Assembly: GCA_964399015.1 (NCBI GenBank)
Contig: CAYNOY010000004.1
Span: forward strand, 1-39,964
Reading direction: 5' to 3'
Origin: Candidatus Woesearchaeota archaeon
Lineage (GTDB): Archaea > Nanobdellota > Nanobdellia > Pacearchaeales > GW2011-AR1
DNA: 39,964 nt
Under the pieces are notes generated by a model that saw nothing but the letters and a program-made list of their open reading frames with translations, searched no databases and was not told where the DNA came from. Positions 7,810 through 15,179 of this stretch are shown here, one piece after another. A program made the translations under genes and the position numbers. Position 1 is the first letter of the stretch; the number at the start of each line of letters is the position of its first letter.

Positions 7810-8030
7810 TTATGCCTCTGAGCTAGATGCAAGTCCCCTAAAATTTACAACACTATTAGTAATTGTAGGGCGGAAACCGGAAAAACTACGTACCTACAGC
7901 ACTAGTTTCCGTCAAAATCCATTGGATTTTGTGGAGCCGAAAACTCCATAAGTTTTCGTGCGTTTGGCGTCCGAGAATTATTTCAATTCTCGGACGGGGG
8001 AAGTACTAACACTGCCTTTCGCGAAAAGGA
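7810..8030. ncRNA. Candidate structured non-coding RNA, family unknown
   Basis: 434-nt ORF-free spacer whose core is much more GC-rich than its surroundings. Consecutive stem-loops: 7871-7877/7905-7911, 7914-7930, 7938-7958, 7969-7995 (11-bp perfect stem) and 8015-8029. Confidence 0.3.
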
Positions 8031-8219
8031 AATTCATAGAACACTCTCACAAAACATCTCAAAATTCATCATCACCAAACTATTCTAAAATAGCTTTAAA
8101 CAAAACAAAACAATTTTAAGAAGATGGCTCATATAAAAAATTTATATTCTAATTAATCTATTTTAAAAACAATCTTCAAATAGAAACATTTATATATTAG
8201 CATATCCTAATATCCTAAT

Positions 8220-8534
8220 ATGACAGATGAATATGATTTAGAATGCGATTTAGAATGTGAAATTTGTAAAATATTTTCAAGTCCGAGCAGATTAAAAATA
8301 TTAATTAATTTAGATAAAAAATCTCTTAATGTTAATGAAATTGTTAAAAAAACTAATCTTCCTCAACCAGTTGTTTCACAACATCTTTCAATGATGAAAT
8401 TAAGAAAAATACTTAAAACCGAAAAACAAGGAAGTTTTGTTCATTATAAAATTAAATACCCCGAAATATTAAATGTATTAAATATGATGAAAAAAATTAG
8501 AAGAAAAATAAAAAATGAAAATAATGGAGATTAA
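8220..8534 (+). CDS. ArsR/SmtB-family transcriptional regulator with a Cys-rich N-terminus
   Basis: wHTH pattern [11 protein letters not shown]...[25 protein letters not shown]...GSFVHYKI. N-terminal cysteines in ECDLECEIC. Confidence 0.85.
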   Translation: MTDEYDLECDLECEICKIFSSPSRLKILINLDKKSLNVNEIVKKTNLPQPVVSQHLSMMKLRKILKTEKQGSFVHYKIKYPEILNVLNMMKKIRRKIKNENNGD

Positions 8535-8538
8535 AAAT

Positions 8539-8868
8539 ATGGCTCTAGAAAATATAACACAAGAAAATTTTAATAAAGAAGTAAAAGAATCAGATACTCC
8601 TGTAATTATTGATTTTTGGGCGCCTTGGTGTGGCCCATGTCAAATGATGGGTCCAATATTTGAAGAACTTAGCGAGGAATTTAAAGGAAAGTTAAAATTC
8701 GCAAAACTTAATACAGATGAAGAACAATCATTAGCCTCCTTATTTAATATTCAAGGAATCCCTTGTTTGATTATTACAAACAATGGAAAAGAGATAGATA
8801 GAATTATTGGATTTGCTCCAAAAGAGGATTTAAAAGAAAAAATCAATTCTATTTTAAGTAAAAACTAA
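8539..8868 (+). CDS. trxA: Thioredoxin
   Basis: WCGPC active site ([15 protein letters not shown]) and the GIPCLII motif. The ATG at 8539 is preceded by GGAG; the ORF track starts at 8515. Confidence 0.9.
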   Translation: MALENITQENFNKEVKESDTPVIIDFWAPWCGPCQMMGPIFEELSEEFKGKLKFAKLNTDEEQSLASLFNIQGIPCLIITNNGKEIDRIIGFAPKEDLKEKINSILSKN

Positions 8869-8885
8869 ATTTCAAAAATAAAAAT

Positions 8886-9791
8886 ATGAAAAAATATGAT
8901 TTAATAATTATAGGAAGCGGACCTGCAGGACTTACTGCAGGAATTTATGCGGCGAGATATAATTTAAATTTCTTAATTATAGGGAGGCTCAATGGTGGGG
9001 CAATATCCGAAGCTCATAAGGTATGCAATTATCCTTCTCAAAATAATATCTCAGGTTTTAATTTAACTCAAGAAATAGTAAGTCATGTTAAAGAATTAGA
9101 AGGGGAAATTAAACAAGAAGAAGTTACAAATATAAAAAAAGAAAATAATAATTTTATTATTATAACTAATAAAGAACAATATCTTGCAAAAAAAATAATT
9201 TTAGCAACAGGCAGAGAAAAACAAGAATTAAATGTTAAAGGGGAAAAAGAATTTTTAGGAAAAGGAGTTAGCTATTGTGCTACTTGTGACGCTGCTTTTT
9301 ATAAAAATAAAATTGTTGCGGTTGCTGGAGGAGGAAATGCTGCAATTACTGCCGCCTTATTATTAGCAGAACATGCAAAAAAAGTTTATGTAATTTATAG
9401 AAAAAATAAATTTTTCAGAGCAGAACCTGCATGGGTAAAACAACTTGAAAAAGAAAAAAAGATTGAATCTGTTTTTAATTCAACAATAAAAAAAATATAT
9501 GGAAAAAATTCAGTAGAAGGAATTGTTTTGAATAATAATAAAAAATTACTACTAAATGGAGTTTTTATTGAAATAGGTTTTAAACCTAATGAAGAACTTT
9601 CTCAGCAATTAGATATTGAAACAGAAAACAAATACATAATTACTAATAAAAATCAAAAAACCAGTGTTAATGATATTTTAGCAGCAGGAGACATAACAAA
9701 TAATAATTTAAAACAAGTTATTACTGCTTGTGCAGAAGGTGCAATAGCTTCAACAACAGTCTATGAAGAATTAAAATTAGGAGAAGAATAA
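8886..9791 (+). CDS. trxB: Thioredoxin-disulfide reductase
   Basis: GSGPAG FAD motif, CATCD redox centre, GGGNAA second Rossmann motif, AAGD. 301 aa. Confidence 0.9.
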   Translation: MKKYDLIIIGSGPAGLTAGIYAARYNLNFLIIGRLNGGAISEAHKVCNYPSQNNISGFNLTQEIVSHVKELEGEIKQEEVTNIKKENNNFIIITNKEQYLAKKIILATGREKQELNVKGEKEFLGKGVSYCATCDAAFYKNKIVAVAGGGNAAITAALLLAEHAKKVYVIYRKNKFFRAEPAWVKQLEKEKKIESVFNSTIKKIYGKNSVEGIVLNNNKKLLLNGVFIEIGFKPNEELSQQLDIETENKYIITNKNQKTSVNDILAAGDITNNNLKQVITACAEGAIASTTVYEELKLGEE

Positions 9792-9792
9792 A

Positions 9793-9987
9793 ATGGGTTT
9801 ATTAAGAAAAAAATGTGCATATTGCAATGAAAAAATAAAAAAAGGAAAAGAATTTCCTGCAAAAGTAAAAGTGCCGGTATTTAAAGATAAGGTTACAAGA
9901 TATTTTTGTAGTCTAGAACATGCAGAAAATTATAAAAAATTTAGAAAAGGAACTCCCAGCAAGAATTCTTGCCCCTATTGCAATTAA
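9793..9987 (+). CDS. Small zinc-ribbon / TRASH-like protein
   Basis: CAYC...(27 aa)...FCSLEH plus a C-terminal CPYC. This resembles the TRASH/YHS-type CxxC...FCSxxC pattern, with His at the last position. Confidence 0.5.
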   Translation: MGLLRKKCAYCNEKIKKGKEFPAKVKVPVFKDKVTRYFCSLEHAENYKKFRKGTPSKNSCPYCN

Positions 9988-9991
9988 TAAA

Positions 9992-11203
9992 ATGAAATCA
10001 AAAAATAACTTCGAAAAAGAATCATTAAAGATTCATGAAAAACTTAAAGGAAAAATAGAAATAACACTTAAGGAAGATATAACAAATAAAAATGATCTTG
10101 CATTAGTTTATACGCCCGGTGTTGCAGAAGTTTGTAGAGAAATAGTTAAAGATAAAACAAAAGCAAAAAATCTTACATTAAAAAATAACACAATTGCAAT
10201 TGTAAGTGATGGTTCTGCAGTTCTTGGACTTGGAAATATAGGCCCTGAAGCAGCACTTCCAGTTATGGAAGGAAAAGCAATGCTTTTTAAAAAATTTGGA
10301 GGAATTAATGCAATTCCATTATGCATAAAAACTCAAGATAAAAAAGAGATAATTAATTTTATTAAAAATATTGCCCCGACTTTTGGAGGAATTAATTTAG
10401 AAGATATTTCTGCTCCAAGGTGTTTTGAAATTGAAGAAAGTCTTCAAAATATTGGGATCCCTGTATTTCATGATGACCAGCATGGGACTGCTATAGTGGT
10501 TTTAGCTGCATTAATTAATTCATTAAAACTAGTAAAGAAAAATTTTAAAGATATTAAAATAGTCATTAATGGGGCAGGAGCAGCAGGAATTGCAATCGCT
10601 AATTTACTTAATTGTTCAGATAATTCCTCAAAAAAATGTCAAAAAGTTAAAGAAATTATTATATGTGATTCAAAAGGAATAATCTCAAAAAAAAGACAAG
10701 ATATAAAAGATAATTTATCTAAATTTAAAATTTCTAAAACAACCAATCAAAAAAATATCTCTGGTGAGCTTTCTGATGCAATAAAAGATGCAGATGTCTT
10801 CATTGGAGTAAGTAAGGGCAATATTTTAAATGGAAAATTAATAAAACAAATGGGTAATAACCCGATAATTTTTGCTATGGCTAATCCAGATCCAGAAATA
10901 ATGCCAGAAGAAGCTTATGAAAATGGAGCATTTATTGTAGGTACTGGAAGAAGCGATTATCCAAATCAAATAAACAACCTATTAGCTTTTCCAGGCATCT
11001 TTAAAGGAATATTAGATTCTGATTCAAAAAACATTACTAATGATATGAAACTTTCAGTAGCCTATGCTATAGCAAATTCAGTTAAAAACTTGAATAAAAA
11101 CAAAATTCTTCCATCCCCATTAAATACTCAGGTACATGAAAATGTTGCATTAGCAGTGAAAAACACTTTTAAAAATAATGGAAAAATAAAACATGAAAAT
11201 TGA
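9992..11203 (+). CDS. NAD(P)-dependent malic enzyme (short form, no PTA domain)
   Basis: Motifs VYTPGVAEVC, FGGINLEDISAPRCFEIE, FHDDQHGTAIV and GAGAAG. The start is chosen at MKSKNNFEKE; the 9920 start in the ORF track overlaps the upstream gene. Confidence 0.9.
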   Translation: MKSKNNFEKESLKIHEKLKGKIEITLKEDITNKNDLALVYTPGVAEVCREIVKDKTKAKNLTLKNNTIAIVSDGSAVLGLGNIGPEAALPVMEGKAMLFKKFGGINAIPLCIKTQDKKEIINFIKNIAPTFGGINLEDISAPRCFEIEESLQNIGIPVFHDDQHGTAIVVLAALINSLKLVKKNFKDIKIVINGAGAAGIAIANLLNCSDNSSKKCQKVKEIIICDSKGIISKKRQDIKDNLSKFKISKTTNQKNISGELSDAIKDADVFIGVSKGNILNGKLIKQMGNNPIIFAMANPDPEIMPEEAYENGAFIVGTGRSDYPNQINNLLAFPGIFKGILDSDSKNITNDMKLSVAYAIANSVKNLNKNKILPSPLNTQVHENVALAVKNTFKNNGKIKHEN

Positions 11204-11351
11204 TCAAGATAAATGTTTAGGGTGCGGGGTTTGTGCTAGAGTTTGTCCTGACGGAATTGAAATGAAAGATGGAAAAGCTATTATAAAAGATAATTCAGCT
11301 AAATATTTAAAAGAGGCAGAAGAGATCTGTCCCATTGAGATAATAAAATAA
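11193..11351 (+). CDS. Small 4Fe-4S ferredoxin-like protein (52 aa)
   Basis: Not in the ORF track. MKIDQDKCLGCGVCARVCPDGIEMKDGKAIIKDNSAKYLKEAEEICPIEIIK has CxxCxxCxxxCP plus a distal CP. It overlaps the malic enzyme stop by 11 nt. Confidence 0.7.
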   Translation: MKIDQDKCLGCGVCARVCPDGIEMKDGKAIIKDNSAKYLKEAEEICPIEIIK

Positions 11352-11388
11352 GAAAAATAAATAAAAAATTTAATAGTGAAGCTTAAAA

Positions 11389-12384
11389 ATGGAAAAAGAA
11401 CATATAGAAGAAATGGAAGAAAAATACAAAATTAATAGGTTAAAGAATTTTCCAATATCTTTTTTAGCTATTTGTTTAGGACTAATTGGATTTGTTCTTG
11501 CATGGCAAAAGGCAGAACATATTCTTAAATTGCCATTTTCAATTAGCCATTATTTATTATATTTTACATTAAGTATAATAATTGCTGTTTTATTTATCTA
11601 TTTATTAAAAATAATAAAATATCCAAAAGAAGTAAAAAAAGAATTTAATCATCCGATTAAACTTAATTTTTATCCAATTTTAGCAAAATTATTGCTTATT
11701 GCAAGTTTAATTTATTTAGGTATAAATATGGCTGTTTCAAAATATTTATGGTGGGGAGGCGTTATTGTCCAATTTATTTTTACAATAATAATCATGTCAG
11801 CTTGGATAAGGCATGAAAAATATGAGATACATCATTTGAATGCTTCTTGGTTTATTCCAGTTGTTGGATGTATTATAATCCCTATCGCAGGAGTTAAACA
11901 TTTTTCTCCAGAACTTTCTTGGTTCTTTTTTAGTATCGGATTCTTTTGGTGGTTTATTTTAACTACCTTAGTATTCAATCGGATTATTTTCCATCATCCA
12001 ATTCAGGAAAAATTAATTCCAACAATGTTTATTTTGTTTGCACCACCTGCAATTGGATTTATTGCATTAACAAAACTATTGGGGGGATTAAATCCTTTTG
12101 GAAATATGCTTTATTATTTTGCAGTATTTTTATTTATTCTTGTAATCTTTCAAGCAAAAATGTTTATTAAACTTAAATTTAATTTGCCTTGGTGGGCTTA
12201 TTCATTTCCACTAGATGCTTTAACTATTGCAACACTTTTAATGTATGAACAAACACATTTATTATTCTATAAGATTTTTTCATGGGGTTTATTTATTTTT
12301 CTTAACTTGATAATTATAATCCTAGTTATAAAAACAATTGATGCAATAAGAAATAAAGAACTTTGTATTGAGGAGAAAGAATAA
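11389..12384 (+). CDS. TDT-family (TehA / C4-dicarboxylate-malate / SLAC1-like) transporter
   Basis: 331 aa with about 10 TM helices. WWAYSFPLDALTIATL-type motif near the C-terminus. Sits next to the malic enzyme. Confidence 0.75.
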   Translation: MEKEHIEEMEEKYKINRLKNFPISFLAICLGLIGFVLAWQKAEHILKLPFSISHYLLYFTLSIIIAVLFIYLLKIIKYPKEVKKEFNHPIKLNFYPILAKLLLIASLIYLGINMAVSKYLWWGGVIVQFIFTIIIMSAWIRHEKYEIHHLNASWFIPVVGCIIIPIAGVKHFSPELSWFFFSIGFFWWFILTTLVFNRIIFHHPIQEKLIPTMFILFAPPAIGFIALTKLLGGLNPFGNMLYYFAVFLFILVIFQAKMFIKLKFNLPWWAYSFPLDALTIATLLMYEQTHLLFYKIFSWGLFIFLNLIIIILVIKTIDAIRNKELCIEEKE

Positions 12385-12385
12385 A

Positions 12386-12796
12386 ATGAAATTAATTAAA
12401 GTATCTTCTGATAAACAAATGGATGAAGTCATTGAAGAAATAAAGAAAGAAGCAGCAAATTTTGATTTTATTATCCGAGAAATTTTTAACATGGCTAATA
12501 ATTTTAAAGAACATGGTGTTGAAGTTTCAAAAGATTTTAAATTTTATTCAATAATGTTATGTAATCCTCAAAAGGCATACGAGAGCATTAACAAAAAACC
12601 ATTAAGAGGGGCATTATTGTTGCCCCCAAAACAAGTAGTAATTTATCCAGATAAAGAAAACAAAAAAACAATTATTTCTTATGTTGCAATCGAAGAAAAA
12701 GATGTTAAGGATTTATATCCCGAAGATAATAAATTTCAAGAAGGCCTTTCAATATCCTGTAAAAAAATCATTGAATTAATCAAAAGGGTTCAATAA
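12386..12796 (+). CDS. DUF302-domain protein
   Basis: FDFIIREIFNMANNFKEHGVEV...YSIMLCNPQKAYESI...LLLPPKQVVIY fits the DUF302 pattern. The ATG at 12386 is preceded by AGGAG. Confidence 0.7.
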   Translation: MKLIKVSSDKQMDEVIEEIKKEAANFDFIIREIFNMANNFKEHGVEVSKDFKFYSIMLCNPQKAYESINKKPLRGALLLPPKQVVIYPDKENKKTIISYVAIEEKDVKDLYPEDNKFQEGLSISCKKIIELIKRVQ

Positions 12797-12820
12797 CAAT
12801 TTAAAATTTTTAATATTCAA

Positions 12821-13113
12821 TCAAAGAACTTCTTTAATTTTCTTTTCACTTTCTTCTTTAAATCTAATTCCTTTTTCTTTTAATGCAGAAACCATATTTC
12901 CTCCGACTTTTCCTGCAATCACTGTATTAACTTTTTTCCAGCTAACATATATGCTACAGAAAAACCAGCACCTCCAGAACCGGATACAAAAGGATTCTTG
13001 ATTGTTTCTATAAGTTCTTTACCCTCAAAGATAAGATAGTAAGGTGCCCTTCCACCCTTTTGACTAACCTCTGATTCAATATTTTTCCCTTCAGACGCTA
13101 TTGCTATTTTCAT
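12821..13113 (-). pseudogene. NifB/NifX-like (dinitrogenase FeMo-cofactor biosynthesis domain) protein, frame broken in a T6 (A6 on the coding strand) run
   Basis: ORF 12919..13113 reads MKIAIASEGKNIESEVSQKGGRAPYYLIFE...GGAGFSVAYMLAGKK, then LIQ and a stop. The +1 frame continues VNTVIAGKVGGNMVSALKEKGIRFKEESEKKIKEVL, which is the expected family C-terminus. Span is 293 nt. Confidence 0.7.
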
Positions 13114-13622
13114 TATTTAACCTCCATTAATTTATTTATTAATATCCCTTGAAGAATTGAAACAAAAATCATTACAGACATTAAAATGAAAATATATTGC
13201 CAACTAAAATATATCATTGCTAAAGGTAACAATGGAATTTTTATTGCACGGTTATATAAAAAGCATGATATTAATCCATAACTCAATCCTTTATTTTTTA
13301 AATCTGCCAAAAGCGGATACCACATATAAATTGGACCTGAAGATAAAATTCCCCCAAGAATAACAAAGAACCATTTTTTGATCCCCCTATCTTTTAAATG
13401 TTTTATAACAAATTGGGGAGTTATAAAATAATTAGATAAAGCCATCAACACAAACACTATAAAAAAAATAGGTATTACTGTATAAATTATTTGATTAAAA
13501 AGATGAAGACTCTCTAAATAAAGTTTTTTATTAAATATTGAAAGCAAAAGATATACTAAAACAATTATGCCTAAAAAATACCAGGCTCCTGAAAGTTCCT
13601 TCAATTTATTTTTTAATTTCAT
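13113..13622 (-). CDS. Permease-like membrane protein (second half of a two-piece permease)
   Basis: 169 aa with about 5 TM helices. Overlaps both neighbours (1 nt and 4 nt). The family call is from memory (two-component predicted permease). Confidence 0.6.
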   Translation of the reverse strand: MKLKNKLKELSGAWYFLGIIVLVYLLLSIFNKKLYLESLHLFNQIIYTVIPIFFIVFVLMALSNYFITPQFVIKHLKDRGIKKWFFVILGGILSSGPIYMWYPLLADLKNKGLSYGLISCFLYNRAIKIPLLPLAMIYFSWQYIFILMSVMIFVSILQGILINKLMEVK

Positions 13623-14032
13623 ATTATCACCCCTAAAATTAAAACAGTTATTATCGCAACAATTATTGAAAAAACAAATGCAATTAAATTTCTGATTAAT
13701 GTAAATTTTTTGCCAAGTATTGCTGATTCAGCTGGAAGTTGTATTAAACCAACCGTTACCCATGAAACAATAAATGCAGTTACTGCTGTCAATCCAACGC
13801 CTTGGTTTAACATTTCTCCACCAAAAATATAACTTGTTATAGGATTACCCGCAGAAACACTCCCTATTAAAATTCCAATAAATGAATCTAAAAACTCATT
13901 TTTACTAAAAACTGAAGTGTAAAATAATCCAGGAACTATTGCTGAGATTAAACTAACTAATAAAATCGTTCCTAAAATCATTGGAGCGGACATCCATAAT
14001 CCTTTTGCCGCCTTTAATGCCGATTGCCTCAT
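13619..14032 (-). CDS. Permease-like membrane protein (first half)
   Basis: 137 aa with about 4 TM helices. 4-nt overlaps on both sides. Confidence 0.6.
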   Translation of the reverse strand: MRQSALKAAKGLWMSAPMILGTILLVSLISAIVPGLFYTSVFSKNEFLDSFIGILIGSVSAGNPITSYIFGGEMLNQGVGLTAVTAFIVSWVTVGLIQLPAESAILGKKFTLIRNLIAFVFSIIVAIITVLILGVII

Positions 14033-14424
14033 CCTAGTTTACCCAATTTTCTATTATTTATTATACAAGAATTAGCAATAATCTCAAAATTATTTTTTTT
14101 GCAAAAATCCATTGCATCCTTAGACTCAGAACCAGGTTGCATCCAGATTTTATTTATATTTAATTGTTTTGCTTCCTTAACAACTTCATAAGTAACCTCT
14201 GGAGGAACAATACAAACAATAACTTCTGGAACTACAGGAAGACTTTTTAAAGAAGAATATACCTTAAAATCTTCAATTTGGTCAATTTTGGGATTAATCG
14301 CATAAACCTCATACCCTGATTTTTTTAAATCTATAAATACCTTATACCCATATTTATCCCTATTTCTTGAAACTCCTACAACTGCAAAAACATTTTGTTT
14401 ATTAAAAAAATCATCAAATTTCAT
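14029..14424 (-). CDS. CoA-binding domain protein (YccU/YneT-like)
   Basis: FAVVGVSRNRDKYGYKVFIDLKKSGYEVYAINPK...VIVCIVPPE...IWMQPGSES fits the CoA-binding Rossmann pattern. Confidence 0.8.
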   Translation of the reverse strand: MKFDDFFNKQNVFAVVGVSRNRDKYGYKVFIDLKKSGYEVYAINPKIDQIEDFKVYSSLKSLPVVPEVIVCIVPPEVTYEVVKEAKQLNINKIWMQPGSESKDAMDFCKKNNFEIIANSCIINNRKLGKLG

Positions 14425-14425
14425 T

Positions 14426-14548
14426 TTAGAATCTTACTCCCAATAATATTAATCCTACAACCAAATAAGTAATAAACCCAATTATACTTTTTCCAATTGT
14501 TAAAATTAAATTAACAAATATTAAAATGATTGCTATTTTTTCTTTCAT
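14426..14548 (-). CDS. Mini membrane protein (40 aa)
   Basis: Not in the ORF track. MKEKIAIILIFVNLILTIGKSIIGFITYLVVGLILLGVRF. Its ATG overlaps the DUF134 stop (ATGA) and it ends 1 nt before the next gene. Confidence 0.4.
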   Translation of the reverse strand: MKEKIAIILIFVNLILTIGKSIIGFITYLVVGLILLGVRF

Positions 14549-14820
14549 TTTTCAATTTTAATAACCTTTCCATTAACTATCGCATCAGTAATTTTTCTCC
14601 TTCCAGATTTTAAGATTCTAGATAATGTTAATGGTGAAACATGCATTTCTTCTCTAGTCTCACCTTGAAAAATTTCATTTAAATCCACTAACCTAACTGC
14701 TTCAAATTCAGGCATTACTAAAATTATATTTTCTAATTCCATCATTCTTATTCCCGTAGGTTTAAAAAAAGAAGAATTGGGTTGACCCCTAATCCTTCTT
14801 TTTTTACATGGTCTTGGCAT
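14545..14820 (-). CDS. DUF134 (UPF0251) putative DNA-binding protein
   Basis: MPRPCKKRRIRGQPNSSFFKPTGI...EFEAVRLVDL...MHVSPLTLSRILKSGRRKITDAIVNGKVIKI is the hallmark DUF134 pattern. Confidence 0.85.
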   Translation of the reverse strand: MPRPCKKRRIRGQPNSSFFKPTGIRMMELENIILVMPEFEAVRLVDLNEIFQGETREEMHVSPLTLSRILKSGRRKITDAIVNGKVIKIEK

Positions 14821-14822
14821 TT

Positions 14823-14987
14823 TTAATTTTCAGGTGAGATATTCTGTCTTCTAAAACCCCTACCTCTACCAAGCCCTCTTCCATTAGAGCCTCGTCCATT
14901 AATTGGTTTAGCATCCTTGCAATTTCCCATCTGTCTTCCAGTTTTTGAACCATTTCCTTCAGGTCCGGTTCCATCTTTGTTCGGCAT
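14823..14987 (-). CDS. DUF5320-like small Gly/Arg-rich protein (54 aa)
   Basis: Not in the ORF track. MPNKDGTGPEGNGSKTGRQMGNCKDAKPINGRGSNGRGLGRGRGFRRQNISPEN. The N-terminal MPxxDGTGPxGxG...G.C signature recalls DUF5320. It ends 2 nt before the DUF134 ATG. Confidence 0.65.
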   Translation of the reverse strand: MPNKDGTGPEGNGSKTGRQMGNCKDAKPINGRGSNGRGLGRGRGFRRQNISPEN

Positions 14988-15179
14988 TTTTATTTTCTCC
15001 ATAATTTAGTTATGAATATATACTCATAATACTATTTAAATGTTTGGATTTTAACATGCCAAATTATTATCACGATTTAATATAAAATGGGAGATACCAA
15101 AACTATATCATCATAAATTTTTATATAATTTCAAAAGCCAAGAAACAACGACATTAAACTCAATACCATCTAACCTTCA

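Noticed and set aside
7810-8030. I tried to read this GC-rich spacer as tRNA (including split or intron-containing forms), 5S rRNA (the words CCGAAAAC…AUAAGU and GGAAGUACU), SRP RNA or RNase P RNA.
   Set aside because: There is no T-loop (GTTCRAATC-like) or acceptor pairing. The 5S CCGAAC…GGAAGUUAAGC motif is absent. So are the SRP helix-8 GGAA tetraloop with AGCA/GG loops and a P4-compatible pairing. It is kept only as an unclassified structured element.
8041-8219. I looked for att-like direct repeats, an integrase or a tRNA at the edges of the low-GC block (8.0-8.2 kb versus 15.0-15.2 kb).
   Set aside because: Only trivial AT-rich matches were seen (for example tcatcatca versus tcatcataa). 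There is no recombinase gene. I therefore do not call it a mobile element, only a compositional anomaly.
9920-9991. N-terminal 24 codons of the ORF-track malic enzyme call (start at 9920).
   Set aside because: They overlap the upstream zinc-ribbon ORF in another frame. Malic enzyme homology begins after the ATG at 9992.
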